From the IMG/VR virus record IMGVR_UViG_3300032288_000938, positions 1 through 56,429 of that record: a stretch of DNA of 56,429 nucleotides. The stretch is one strand, 5' to 3'. Of the stretch, positions 44,847-54,015 are shown piece after piece. The stretch is from a virus (taxonomy: Duplodnaviria > Caudoviricetes). The notes under the pieces were generated by a model that saw only the letters and a program-made list of their open reading frames with translations, had not been told where the DNA came from and made no database searches. Numbering within the stretch: position 1 is the stretch's first letter; the number at the start of each line of letters is the position of its first letter. The translations under genes and the position numbers were made by a program.

Positions 44847-46460
44847 TCAAATTAAGCTTGCAAAGTATGTTGTTATAATAGCGCGTCCGTTTGCGCCAGC
44901 ACCAGAGTTTCCGGTTTCCGAGCCGCCGCCTCCACCACCCGGAGCGGTTCCAGCCGTTGCATTGTTGGCATCAAAAGCTCCAGCACCACCAGCACCGCCA
45001 TAAAAAGAAACACCGCCAGCACCGGGGCCGGGTGAGCTATCAACCGCACCAGCGCCACCGCCTCCGCCTCCATAAACTGAAGAACCACCAGCGCCGTTAG
45101 TATCGCTTGAATTATTTGTTGAACCTCCACCACCACCACCACCAAAGGAGCCATCAGTACCATTTTCGCCGTTCACGCCACTAATGCTGGTTCCGTCACC
45201 TCCATTACCCGCAAGTCCAGCACCATTTCCGGCAGTTCTGCTAGTAGAACTAACACCAGCAGAAAATGGTCCTCCGCCACCACCGCCACCACCAGCCACT
45301 CCATCTACTCCTCCGCCACCACCGCCATATGCATAAACCAATGTTCCAAAGGATGTCGTACCACCTGCGTTTCCATCTGCGTTGGCAGTTACAGACGCCC
45401 CACCCGATCCGATTGTAACTGCGGTATCTGAAAGAGAGGAGTAATTAAGGATTACCTCATTGTATCCACCACCACCACCACCTCCTCCCGGCACTGAATT
45501 AGCCCCTTTGGCACCACTGCCTCCGCCACCCCAAAGCTGGACCTTGACATATTGGAAATTACCAGAAGGTTTTGTCCAAGTTCCACTGGAGTTGAATGTT
45601 TGCACATCAATAGTTGTTGACCAAGATGGAGCAGCACTTGCACCAGAAGACAAAATCACAGAACCAGAAGAACCATAATTAGCGCCGCCGATACCCCACT
45701 GACCAGCATTGCCAATACGGAATCTTTCGGTAACGGTAGATGCGCCGTCTGCCGTTGTGTAAAACGCAATTCTACCCGGCATGTCATTTGTGCCGGGGGT
45801 TCCATCAATCGCCACCTGAATGCGGGCGGTCGGTATAAGAGCCGAATTGTCGGAGCCATAGAAGCGGAAGTCGCCTACGGTATCTCCAGACTGGACAACA
45901 GAATAGGTTCCGTAAGATCCGCCACGGGATTTGCCAAACCAGTTTACCTGACCTGTGGCCGTGTTGCCCCAGTCAACCCCGCCATACCCACCTTCAGCAA
46001 GAACGTCCGTGTGAGACTGGAACTGTGTTTGCACAGTTTCAAGAGTAAGCGTCTGCCCATAACCAGCGATAGCGTGACCAGCGGCAGTAATAACAAATGG
46101 AGTCGAGTCAGGGCTTGTTTCGTCTTCGACACGAAGGGCGTCTGCCGTGCCAAGCTGCGTAATGCGAAGAGCGGGGTTTGAATTATCGGTTGTTTCGATA
46201 ACCTGAGCCGCCGTGAAGGTATTGATTGAGTTAACCTGCGGTGTCGTACTGCTTACAGCAAGCGACCCCGATGATAGGTTTAACCCCGTCCCAACAGAGA
46301 TTTCCTCGGCAGAACCAGTTCCAGACGATGTCCGCCCGATCAAGCGGGCGGTGGCAAGCGTGAGATCGTGTTCAGCGTTCCAGTTGGAAGGCCGAACAAG
46401 ACTGGTATCCCCTCCATCGGCGACTGCCGACTGGAAGTTATGTTTAAGGGAAATCGCCAT
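44847..46460 (-). CDS. Tail fibre with glycine-rich C-terminal domain
   Basis: VRPSNWNA.H N-terminus, DMPGR..F.TT.DG, F.SSGTWTKP followed by GGGG repeats. Confidence 0.8.
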   Translation of the reverse strand: MAISLKHNFQSAVADGGDTSLVRPSNWNAEHDLTLATARLIGRTSSGTGSAEEISVGTGLNLSSGSLAVSSTTPQVNSINTFTAAQVIETTDNSNPALRITQLGTADALRVEDETSPDSTPFVITAAGHAIAGYGQTLTLETVQTQFQSHTDVLAEGGYGGVDWGNTATGQVNWFGKSRGGSYGTYSVVQSGDTVGDFRFYGSDNSALIPTARIQVAIDGTPGTNDMPGRIAFYTTADGASTVTERFRIGNAGQWGIGGANYGSSGSVILSSGASAAPSWSTTIDVQTFNSSGTWTKPSGNFQYVKVQLWGGGGSGAKGANSVPGGGGGGGGYNEVILNYSSLSDTAVTIGSGGASVTANADGNAGGTTSFGTLVYAYGGGGGGVDGVAGGGGGGGGPFSAGVSSTSRTAGNGAGLAGNGGDGTSISGVNGENGTDGSFGGGGGGGSTNNSSDTNGAGGSSVYGGGGGGAGAVDSSPGPGAGGVSFYGGAGGAGAFDANNATAGTAPGGGGGGSETGNSGAGANGRAIITTYFASLI

Positions 46461-47056
46461 TACTGCGCCACTCTGTTGCTCTTACGAATGTTCTCTTCTG
46501 CCGTCAGTATTTGCAAGTTTGACGGTACATGGAGGCCGGATACGGTTTTCCCGCGAAGGGGAATAATGTGGTCAACGTGATGCGGGATCCCAGTGGAGTC
46601 TGTAAGCTCCTGTGCGCGACGATAGATGTTCTCTATCTTAACACGGGAGCCAAAACAGACGGGAACCCAAGGCGGAACTGCGCGCGTTTTGGCCAGCTTG
46701 TAACGCTTCTTGGCCGCATTGGATTTGCCACGATTTTTACGGGCGTATTCCTTGGCAGCTTCGAGGCGCTTTTCGCGGTGTTTAGCGTAAGCCTCGCGGT
46801 TCTGTTGGCGGCTTTTTTCCGGGTCAGCCCAGTATGCTTCTTTTTGAAAGTTTGGGTTTTTGGAGACCCGTCGATTGTAGTACTTTTTTTGTCTCTGCCT
46901 TGACTTTCCCACGTCTTGAAAATATCTTTTCGATGACGCTGCCTTATGGCAGTCCTTGCAGTTACTTCGCAATCCATCAGAAGCAGTCTTGTGTCCATAG
47001 AACTGGTCACAAGTTTTCTCAGCGTTGCATGTAATGCAGATTTTCGTCTGCATCAC
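46460..47056 (-). CDS. HNH homing-type endonuclease
   Basis: K.C..C...K...F...C..C N-terminus; [19 protein letters not shown]...EN..KSN. Confidence 0.85.
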   Translation of the reverse strand: MMQTKICITCNAEKTCDQFYGHKTASDGLRSNCKDCHKAASSKRYFQDVGKSRQRQKKYYNRRVSKNPNFQKEAYWADPEKSRQQNREAYAKHREKRLEAAKEYARKNRGKSNAAKKRYKLAKTRAVPPWVPVCFGSRVKIENIYRRAQELTDSTGIPHHVDHIIPLRGKTVSGLHVPSNLQILTAEENIRKSNRVAQ

Positions 47057-47484
47057 GCTATGCGGATTATCGCGTCTGTTGCGTTTGCGGTGGGGAAGAC
47101 CACAACAAAGTCTCCGGAGGTCGATGTCTTATCACCACCAAAAGCCAACACCGCAACAGCTTTATCAGACTTGCTGCTGTTGTAAATCAATGCACCGTTG
47201 GCGGTGATCGTGGCGTTAGACCAAGTCGTATCCGCAAAGTCCGTGAACGCTGTAGTTCCCGATGTAGTCGGGGTCACGTTAGACAGAGTGTTACCACCAG
47301 TTGTGTAGCCGTTACCGTTCGCCACTTCGTTAGATGTGGTGTATGCGGTTGTGGACGCACCGAGTGTGGCAGACGATGTATACAGGGCGATCTTGAATGT
47401 ATCACCTGTAGACGCCGTGAAGTTGTGGGTAGCCGTCAGAAGCTCCTGCTTGAAGCTAGTCGGCATTGCTTGGCTAATGGCCAT
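47053..47484 (-). CDS. Conserved virion structural protein
   Basis: SFKQELL...HNF...[22 protein letters not shown]. Confidence 0.75.
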   Translation of the reverse strand: MAISQAMPTSFKQELLTATHNFTASTGDTFKIALYTSSATLGASTTAYTTSNEVANGNGYTTGGNTLSNVTPTTSGTTAFTDFADTTWSNATITANGALIYNSSKSDKAVAVLAFGGDKTSTSGDFVVVFPTANATDAIIRIA

Positions 47485-47768
47485 TATAGTCTCCTAATCA
47501 GGTCAGCCACATCATTGTGGCCTGCTTCTTTCAGTTTTGCGGCCAGAGTTGTCCGGTCGCTGTTGATGGCCTGCTTCATGTAGTGAACAATCGCGGGCCG
47601 CATCGCCTCGCGGAATGCAATCGCCTGATCCTTGATGGCAGGTGGTGCAGTATCCGCGATGTGAATAATTTTATTAAGCAGACGCTCCGTCCACTCTTCT
47701 GCCGTAAAACCACGGTTCTGCGTGGTTTCAACGTACACGGGGCCAAGCCCCATCATGGTTTCAAACAT
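47484..47768 (-). CDS. Conserved hypothetical protein
   Basis: TT.NRG...EE, I.DQA.AF, SDRTT. Confidence 0.7.
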   Translation of the reverse strand: MFETMMGLGPVYVETTQNRGFTAEEWTERLLNKIIHIADTAPPAIKDQAIAFREAMRPAIVHYMKQAINSDRTTLAAKLKEAGHNDVADLIRRL

Positions 47769-48400
47769 CAGTTAGGCTTTACTCTGGTCTCGCCGTTGCG
47801 GTAAGTGTCAGACCGATCCCTGCCTTCGCCCAATGTCTTAAGCTGAGTGAGCGCATCAATGTAGCGGTTGGCATACACTTCCATGAGTTCTGGATCACCC
47901 TTGAGAACCGTATAACCCTCAACCAAGCAACCGTACAGAAGCGCATTCTCAGCATTATCGCCTAGCCAGCTTGTACCCGTGTCTACGATGGATGCTGGCT
48001 CATAGTAGTAGTGAAGCTCAAAGTCGTAACCCGATGTCGGGGTTGGACCCAAAAGAAACGTATTGTCGTCGAACAGGGCGTAGTATTTTGGAACCCCGGT
48101 CGTGGCCGCTGTTGGATATGCCTCACGAATAAAAGCAACATCCTTCGGCAGAAGATAAGACTGCTCTCCGCTGACAATCACAGCGAGAGAGTAAGCAGAG
48201 AGGAAATCAGACGGGGTTGCAAGATACTTGACCCCGCCCGTCGCGTTCCCTGTTACGTTCTTGCGAAAGTTAGGAAGCTGCACCGAGCGGACAATACGCT
48301 CTTCGGCCTGCCGGATGATTGTGTCCGTCATGCCTCCGAGGCCATCGTCGTCTGTCTGGAGATAGGCCCAGATCTGGTTTTTAAGCTCGGTGTAGTTCAT
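47768..48400 (-). CDS. Putative head-tail adaptor protein
   Basis: MNY.EL...I, QAE.RI, G.PKYYA, GPTP, LLYG.L.E. Confidence 0.75.
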   Translation of the reverse strand: MNYTELKNQIWAYLQTDDDGLGGMTDTIIRQAEERIVRSVQLPNFRKNVTGNATGGVKYLATPSDFLSAYSLAVIVSGEQSYLLPKDVAFIREAYPTAATTGVPKYYALFDDNTFLLGPTPTSGYDFELHYYYEPASIVDTGTSWLGDNAENALLYGCLVEGYTVLKGDPELMEVYANRYIDALTQLKTLGEGRDRSDTYRNGETRVKPN

Positions 48401-48403
48401 TTA

Positions 48404-48580
48404 TCAGCCGTTCTTGGAGAAGGTCTTACCCTTTGTCGCGGCACCAAAACCACGCATGGTCTTGTCTTTCGCGATCTTGGGCATCAAGCCAGTATACACA
48501 CCCATGGACATGCCGCCTTGGATTGTGGCAACATTCTCTTCTTTCTGAGAACGGGTCTTCTTCTTCACATCGTTTGCCAT
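48404..48580 (-). CDS. Small basic protein
   Basis: MANDVK...MRGFGAATKGKTF. Confidence 0.65.
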   Translation of the reverse strand: MANDVKKKTRSQKEENVATIQGGMSMGVYTGLMPKIAKDKTMRGFGAATKGKTFSKNG

Positions 48581-48581
48581 G

Positions 48582-49121
48582 TTACTTACCCTTAACCTTG
48601 CCGCCAGACTTGAGGTTGGCAGCGGGGATGCGCTTGGCCGACTTGTGGGCAGCAACCTTCTCAAGGCGACCAGACCCAGACCCAGCACCAGCGGTCATCT
48701 TGACAGCACCGCCCTTGGCATACTTAGATACCTTGCCGCCATTTTTGCGGTACAAAGCAGGCATCCCGCCGATAGCTTCCATGGCCCCGCGAACACCTTG
48801 CGGAACTGTCTGGCTGCCGCCTTGTCCGCCCTTGCCGCTGCCGATAGACGGCTTAATTGGCATACCCGGACGGGTTGGGAACCCCGGAAGGGTCTTCACC
48901 ATGTCACGGCCATCACGGCGCATATCGCGGCGCATATCGCGGCGCATCCCGCGATCCATTTCAGCGGGGCCGCCCATAGCCATCTTTGGAACTTTGCCGC
49001 CGGGTGTGGCGTTAGAGCCAGTCCCCTTGCGAGCAATACCGCCGCCCTTGAGGGCCATACCAACGCCCTTGCGGGCCAAACCACCGCCACGCATGGCGGA
49101 CTTACCTGTCTTACCCTTCAT
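48582..49121 (-). CDS. Basic Gly-rich protein with repeated x-x-GG motifs
   Basis: Seven GG motifs; MRRD tandem; AAGGAG RBS. Confidence 0.7.
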   Translation of the reverse strand: MKGKTGKSAMRGGGLARKGVGMALKGGGIARKGTGSNATPGGKVPKMAMGGPAEMDRGMRRDMRRDMRRDGRDMVKTLPGFPTRPGMPIKPSIGSGKGGQGGSQTVPQGVRGAMEAIGGMPALYRKNGGKVSKYAKGGAVKMTAGAGSGSGRLEKVAAHKSAKRIPAANLKSGGKVKGK

Positions 49122-49131
49122 GGGGGACTCC

Positions 49132-49512
49132 TTAGATGTTCGGGTCGTACTGCCCGTTGTTGAGAACGATTACTGTACCGATCTGTCCCTGACAGAATAC
49201 AGCGTTATTTCCTACAATACCACCAACCGAGTTATTCTGCATAAGCGCGACAACATCTTGCCACCCAAACAAAGCCTCGCTGACAACCTTAGCGGTGTCT
49301 GGGCGGGGATCCCGCAAAGCCTGCGGATCGTTGACTGGGAACATGCCCAAGAACAACTGCGGATGGTCTTTATCAAGGCATTCATTGCAAACCTTTAGGT
49401 TTGTATTCCTGCCCTTGATTGGCTGGAAGTAAAGCTTAGCCAAGTCGGCCCTGAACCCGCAACGGTCGCAGAACCCGAATGCCCGCCTACCCTTGGCATA
49501 TGGGACACTCAT
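49132..49512 (-). CDS. Conserved zinc-binding virion-module protein
   Basis: CDRCGF...VC.EC.D.DHPQ...DPQALR.PRPD. Confidence 0.75.
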   Translation of the reverse strand: MSVPYAKGRRAFGFCDRCGFRADLAKLYFQPIKGRNTNLKVCNECLDKDHPQLFLGMFPVNDPQALRDPRPDTAKVVSEALFGWQDVVALMQNNSVGGIVGNNAVFCQGQIGTVIVLNNGQYDPNI

Positions 49513-50213
49513 TAGTAGCCCCCGAAGCCTACATACGGGAGGAAGCGATCTGGCGCGCGGTCTCGGTCTTCAGACGCTGCAAGCGTGAACTGCTCTTCGT
49601 ACAGGCCCTTTAGCAACTGAATGCGATCAGCCGCTTCGGGGTTTTTAAGCGCAATGTAATAAGCCAGACCGGAGACAAGGGCTGGCAGGAAGCGGACAGG
49701 GATGTCAGCGTTATTCGCTGCGCTGGCTCCGGTGTCCTCAATACGTCTCAGATACCAGTATACCAGCGTGTAGGTTGTGCTGCTATCTGGGACCGGCCAA
49801 ACCGTCACCGTCGGTGAGATCTGCCGATTGACGTAAATTTGGAGGGGCCTGCCCTGCGTGGACTTGGTCGGGATTGCGGCATAGTCGGAAACCGAAATGC
49901 GCTGCATCGTAATGTCGGTGTTTACACCAGAGTTGTTGGTGCGGATTACATGCTCGATCATGTCAATCATGTCCGCAGGAACCCCGTTGGCGACGGTATA
50001 TGTTGCTTGTCCGGGGACAAGGGTTATAGTGCCGGTTGCAATAGTCCAAAGGTTCAACCCCATGTTGGACCATTCGGCACACAGCAGATTGAGACTGCGG
50101 CGGGCAGTCTTCATGTCGTAGCCTGAGCGCAACTCAAGACCGGCGCGCTCAAAGGCTTCTTCGACAATCTCTGCGATGTCAAGGTTGAATGTAGCTGTGC
50201 CGCTGGTTGTCAT
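49512..50213 (-). CDS. Putative tail tubular/adaptor protein
   Basis: EEAFERAG, TARRSLNL...W.N.G.NLW, GRP.Q, WPVPD, GLAYY. Confidence 0.75.
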   Translation of the reverse strand: MTTSGTATFNLDIAEIVEEAFERAGLELRSGYDMKTARRSLNLLCAEWSNMGLNLWTIATGTITLVPGQATYTVANGVPADMIDMIEHVIRTNNSGVNTDITMQRISVSDYAAIPTKSTQGRPLQIYVNRQISPTVTVWPVPDSSTTYTLVYWYLRRIEDTGASAANNADIPVRFLPALVSGLAYYIALKNPEAADRIQLLKGLYEEQFTLAASEDRDRAPDRFLPYVGFGGY

Positions 50214-50296
50214 GTATCTACCTATTTATAACCGATTATACCATGAATGCCGTATACAGGGCTATACATAGGTATATAAGGGTAAACCCGTTATAA

Positions 50297-50362
50297 GTGT
50301 GCATCCCCGGCTGATGACCACACTGGGTTCATATACAGCCCGCCTACCCAAACGATGCACTT
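50297..50362 (-). other. Compact pseudoknot-like element
   Basis: GTGCATC/GATGCAC outer stem with interleaved TGGGT/ACCCA and GGCTG/CAGCC. Confidence 0.45.
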
Positions 50363-50372
50363 CCCGACTCTA

Positions 50373-50516
50373 CTAGTACTTACCGCGATCACCCTTCATA
50401 GGGCTTTTGGGACCTAGGGACTTGCTATGGCGTCTTGCCTTTGGCAGGCTGCGACGCTTGCTGCGGGATTTTGATAGTTTAAGAGATGCCCCAATATTGA
50501 TCTTACTGGCAGCCAT
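50373..50516 (-). CDS. 47-aa highly basic peptide (not in ORF track)
   Basis: MAASKINIGASLKLSKSRSKRRSLPKARRHSK...; TAATG coupling with upstream gene. Confidence 0.6.
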   Translation of the reverse strand: MAASKINIGASLKLSKSRSKRRSLPKARRHSKSLGPKSPMKGDRGKY

Positions 50517-52006
50517 TAGACACACCGCCCCCTAGTCTTGCCGCGAGATGCAATGCCGTCTGCCTTGGCAACGCGGCCACCACTCTTCATTGTTTTGGGT
50601 TTAGCACCACGGCGTAGGTGCTTTTTCCCGCGCCTACGGATTGGCTCCTTATCTTCTCCACCGCCCGGCCTGTCCCTAAATGGCCCACCGGAAGAAGAAA
50701 AATTGGATTGTGAAGCACGATCACCGGCAGCAACAACACTTGGAGAAGTGGTTGGCTTCTGAGGCCCCGCAGGGCCACTATACACAGGACCTTCGGTCGG
50801 GCCAGACATGCCCGGCAGTCGGCTTTGATCCTTGTCTAAGAATTGACTTCCGAACTCAGGACCAACGGTTTCACCAGACATTCCCGGCAACCGGCTTTGG
50901 TCCTTGATAGAGCCAAAGGATCGGCTTGAATACGGGGAGGCAGGGTTAAATGAGCCAACCTTCGGGCCGAGGCTTGTCACCCCTGCCCCCTTGGGGACGC
51001 TTACGTTAAAATTGTACCCAGCAATTTTGGCTGGATAAGAGTTGTACGCAGACTCGTCAAAGCCGCTTGGGGTTGGGTATCTCAAGCCAGCGAGTCCACT
51101 CCCAATCAACACGCTGCCTTCAGGGAGTTGCTTGGCAAATTTAGCGGCTTGTTGAGCGGTCATTGGCTTCTGCGAACGCGCGAGCAGGCTTTGACCAATA
51201 TCGGTCTCCGCAAATGGGGTGAACTGCTTGCTCTGAGTGAAGGTAACGCTGCCCGGAACAACCGACTGTTGGTCAAGATAGCTAGGGCGGAATGAAGGAG
51301 CGGCAGGGCTTGCCTGCGTCGGAGTTGGAGAAAATGGCCTTGACGGCATAACCGCAGGCCGCTGCGGGGTTGGAGTCACAGGACGAGCAGGCATTGACCT
51401 ACGCGGCACCGGCTCGCCAGCCGGGGCCATGTAGGGATTTTCCCAATCAGGCGTCATTTCAAGCCGGTCTGCAATCTTGCCCTTCGGGGTAAGTGACTGG
51501 ATAGAAGTCCCCCTAATAGAAGGATCTCTCAAGTCTTGCTGCGCCAAGTCATTATAAACACCAGCCAGCATCTGAGCGCGGCCACTATTGATCCCAGCCC
51601 CCGTCATTGCGCGAGCGGGGTCAGAACCGAGCCGTGCCAATTGCCCAGCGGCAGATCCTCCGCTTGGACCAGACGGCCTCGTTCCACCAAACCCGCCTTC
51701 GCGAGTACTTCCTGCGAGGCCACGCGGTCCCTCACCGCCACCGCCCATCTGGCCTGAGCCACCGGGCCTCATGCCCCCGTCCCGCGTTGAACCGGCAAGA
51801 CCACCACCACCGGAGGAACCACCGGGCCTTGACCCCGCCCCTGCAAACCCACCTTCACGGGTAGAACCGCCTAGCCCGCTAGACGAACGCGCGCTCTCTG
51901 GCTGACCACCCATGAACCCGCCAAGGGACATCCTCTTGACGCCATCGGAGCGGGGGGTTGTTGCTCTCGTAAAACCCTTGCGGGCCTTTCCATCACCACG
52001 GGCCAT
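50516..52006 (-). CDS. Low-complexity G/P/S-rich protein with internal repeats
   Basis: GSTR[ED]GG x3, KDQSRLPGMSG x2; C-terminal DGIASRGKTRGR. Confidence 0.7.
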   Translation of the reverse strand: MARGDGKARKGFTRATTPRSDGVKRMSLGGFMGGQPESARSSSGLGGSTREGGFAGAGSRPGGSSGGGGLAGSTRDGGMRPGGSGQMGGGGEGPRGLAGSTREGGFGGTRPSGPSGGSAAGQLARLGSDPARAMTGAGINSGRAQMLAGVYNDLAQQDLRDPSIRGTSIQSLTPKGKIADRLEMTPDWENPYMAPAGEPVPRRSMPARPVTPTPQRPAVMPSRPFSPTPTQASPAAPSFRPSYLDQQSVVPGSVTFTQSKQFTPFAETDIGQSLLARSQKPMTAQQAAKFAKQLPEGSVLIGSGLAGLRYPTPSGFDESAYNSYPAKIAGYNFNVSVPKGAGVTSLGPKVGSFNPASPYSSRSFGSIKDQSRLPGMSGETVGPEFGSQFLDKDQSRLPGMSGPTEGPVYSGPAGPQKPTTSPSVVAAGDRASQSNFSSSGGPFRDRPGGGEDKEPIRRRGKKHLRRGAKPKTMKSGGRVAKADGIASRGKTRGRCV

Positions 52007-52016
52007 TGTGGCCTCC

Positions 52017-52247
52017 TTAACAGATTCTGCCTTTGGTTTTTACGCGAGAAAGACCATCGCCGCGCACTGCGCCGCCGCTCTTCATACGGGGCTGAAATTT
52101 TTGCATGATTGCGGGTGGGATATTCATACCAGCCTTCTCAAACTTACCAATCATCTTCCCAGCCCATTTACGTGCGCCGCCGTTACCGCTTGGCATACCT
52201 TTTGATTTTGCTAGGCCGCTTAAGTAACTAAATGGATTACCAGCCAT
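52017..52247 (-). CDS. Small basic protein
   Basis: MKSGGAVRGDG...KTKGRIC. Confidence 0.7.
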   Translation of the reverse strand: MAGNPFSYLSGLAKSKGMPSGNGGARKWAGKMIGKFEKAGMNIPPAIMQKFQPRMKSGGAVRGDGLSRVKTKGRIC

Positions 52248-52528
52248 TAGCAGATCCTTCCTTTAGTCTTACCGCGAACTGCGGCACCATCAACCTTACC
52301 GCCATGCTTAAAATCAGAAGGCTTAAAGCCTTCCAGCATAATTTCGTCGTTGGCATCGCCCTGACTGACTACACCGCTTTTTACGTCTTCCACCGTGATC
52401 TTGCGGCGCTTCGGCGCAGGCATCTTGGGGCGGGGCCTCGGGAGAGGCTGCTCCTTCTTCTTGGCATTCTCTTCCATAGCAGCAATCAAGGACTGCATAC
52501 CAAGCTTATCTTGTTCTGAAATGCCCAT
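52247..52528 (-). CDS. Small basic protein
   Basis: FKHGGKVDGAAVRGKTKGRIC. Confidence 0.7.
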   Translation of the reverse strand: MGISEQDKLGMQSLIAAMEENAKKKEQPLPRPRPKMPAPKRRKITVEDVKSGVVSQGDANDEIMLEGFKPSDFKHGGKVDGAAVRGKTKGRIC

Positions 52529-52713
52529 TACTTTTTCTTTCCTTTGCGCGCTTCGCTAAGAGCGATAGCGATTGCCTGTTTCGGGTTCTTCACAACCGGG
52601 CCTTTCTTGGACCCCGAGTGGAGCTTGCCCGACTTGAACTCCTTCATAACCTTTTTAACCTTACCGGGGGCCTTCAGAACTTGTTTAGTCATGCTGGGCC
52701 GAGAGATAGCCAT
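52528..52713 (-). CDS. DUF6496-like small basic protein
   Basis: KVM.EFK.GKLHSG...V.NPKQAIAIALSEAR. Confidence 0.8.
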   Translation of the reverse strand: MAISRPSMTKQVLKAPGKVKKVMKEFKSGKLHSGSKKGPVVKNPKQAIAIALSEARKGKKK

Positions 52714-52714
52714 T

Positions 52715-53200
52715 TTAAGCCTCGTTCCTTGAGAGAGATGTTTGTGCGGTTAATATGACCCGCCCCGTTTTGGAGAGCGGGAATGTTTCAGGCCAGCGGG
52801 TTTCAACGTGACGGTCTTTTGCGACGCGAGCCACATTGACCATATCAGACTGATTGCCGCCAAGAATGTGATAAGCATCTTTGTCTTCCCCAACGTAGAA
52901 TCCAACGTGTCCACCACCAGAGCGTTTGAACACCATGATAGCCCCGACAGTAGGTTCGCAAGCGCGGCCATAGTCAGACCATCCAAGGGCAGAAAGTGCA
53001 TCCTGCTGAACTGGGAACCCAGCAGCCCTAACACAGTGTGCCACAAAAAGGCCGCACCACGGGATAGAGTCATCTTTGTAAAAAGATGAAATCCAGCCGC
53101 CAATATTCTTGGCCCACTGGATAATGACGGGGTTGTTAGATTTCCCGGCAAACTCTTTTGTGCCATTCAGGGAATAGGCTATTTTCATCCACGGTGGCAT
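52715..53200 (-). CDS. TIGR02594-family (NlpC/P60-like) putative endolysin
   Basis: PW...A...G..E, D.IPWC..FV, A..W, GGHVGF, LGGNQSD.V. Confidence 0.85.
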   Translation of the reverse strand: MPPWMKIAYSLNGTKEFAGKSNNPVIIQWAKNIGGWISSFYKDDSIPWCGLFVAHCVRAAGFPVQQDALSALGWSDYGRACEPTVGAIMVFKRSGGGHVGFYVGEDKDAYHILGGNQSDMVNVARVAKDRHVETRWPETFPLSKTGRVILTAQTSLSRNEA

Positions 53201-53421
53201 TATCGGCCTGCCATGAAGTCAAACGCCTTGAATATAAGGCCACCAAGGGCTGCGCCAGCGGTTCCCACCATGAGAAACACGCGCCAGCCGCCAGCGGCTT
53301 GATCGAGCTTCTGACGGATGAACTTGATGTCACCCTTAAGCTCGGCCATATCGTCTTCAAGCTTCTGCACTTGGATTTCTAGTTTACCGACAGCCACGCT
53401 AAGATCCGTAAAATCACTCAT
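53200..53421 (-). CDS. Small coiled-coil membrane protein (lysis cassette)
   Basis: Coiled coil then GGW and TM segment. Confidence 0.6.
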   Translation of the reverse strand: MSDFTDLSVAVGKLEIQVQKLEDDMAELKGDIKFIRQKLDQAAGGWRVFLMVGTAGAALGGLIFKAFDFMAGR

Positions 53422-53422
53422 A

Positions 53423-53632
53423 TTAAAGCTCCGCAGAATCTTGCTTAAACGGAGCGCATGTTCCTGCCCATTTTATAATCTCGCCAGACTCCATCCTCTT
53501 GTTCATGAACTCTTGCACTTGAGGCTTTTCTGGACATTCCGGAAGAACGCTGTGCTTAATTTCCATCATACCATTTGGGAGTACGACTGCGAGAATGAAT
53601 ATATACAGGGTCATTTGGACGTTCCCTTCCAC
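53423..53632 (-). CDS. Hypothetical protein
   Basis: Hydrophobic N-terminus, CP...W..C; operon context. Confidence 0.55.
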   Translation of the reverse strand: MEGNVQMTLYIFILAVVLPNGMMEIKHSVLPECPEKPQVQEFMNKRMESGEIIKWAGTCAPFKQDSAEL

Positions 53633-54015
53633 TTGTCAAAGCTGCGGGCCGCTGTCACACCAAGCATTGCCGTAACAAGAGCCATCATGGCATCTGTATT
53701 TGGCTCGGGAAGCGGGGTTGTAACGCCAACAATGGCGAGAAACCAAGAAAGGATAGGCTGTAGGAGAAAGGCATACCCGAGTGAAACCCCGCCCATCCAT
53801 CCAATAAAAGGACGCCATCCTGCCACGAAGATGCTCGAATGAGCAGCCTCAACCTTGTTGACTTCCATCTGCGCTTCAGACTGTGCGGCAGCATACTTTA
53901 GGAGGTCAGACTGCATCTCAAGGGATGCGCGCTCACGGGCTGCCGGGTCTGGGATCCGGTCAACCAGCTTGCCAATCATTTCGAGTCCGGGGCCGAGGAG
54001 AGCTTGGAACATCAC
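53611..54015 (-). CDS. Holin, GTA-type 3TM family
   Basis: IPDP, NK.EA.H.S.FVAGWRPFIGW, MLG....RSFDK.KG. Confidence 0.85.
   Translation of the reverse strand: MMFQALLGPGLEMIGKLVDRIPDPAARERASLEMQSDLLKYAAAQSEAQMEVNKVEAAHSSIFVAGWRPFIGWMGGVSLGYAFLLQPILSWFLAIVGVTTPLPEPNTDAMMALVTAMLGVTAARSFDKWKGTSK

Noticed and set aside
42285-46460. Diversity-generating retroelement or invertible tail cassette
   Set aside because: No reverse transcriptase, template/variable repeat pair or flanking inverted repeats seen
50311-50353. Hammerhead core CTGATGA on the plus strand
   Set aside because: No GAAA partner at the required position
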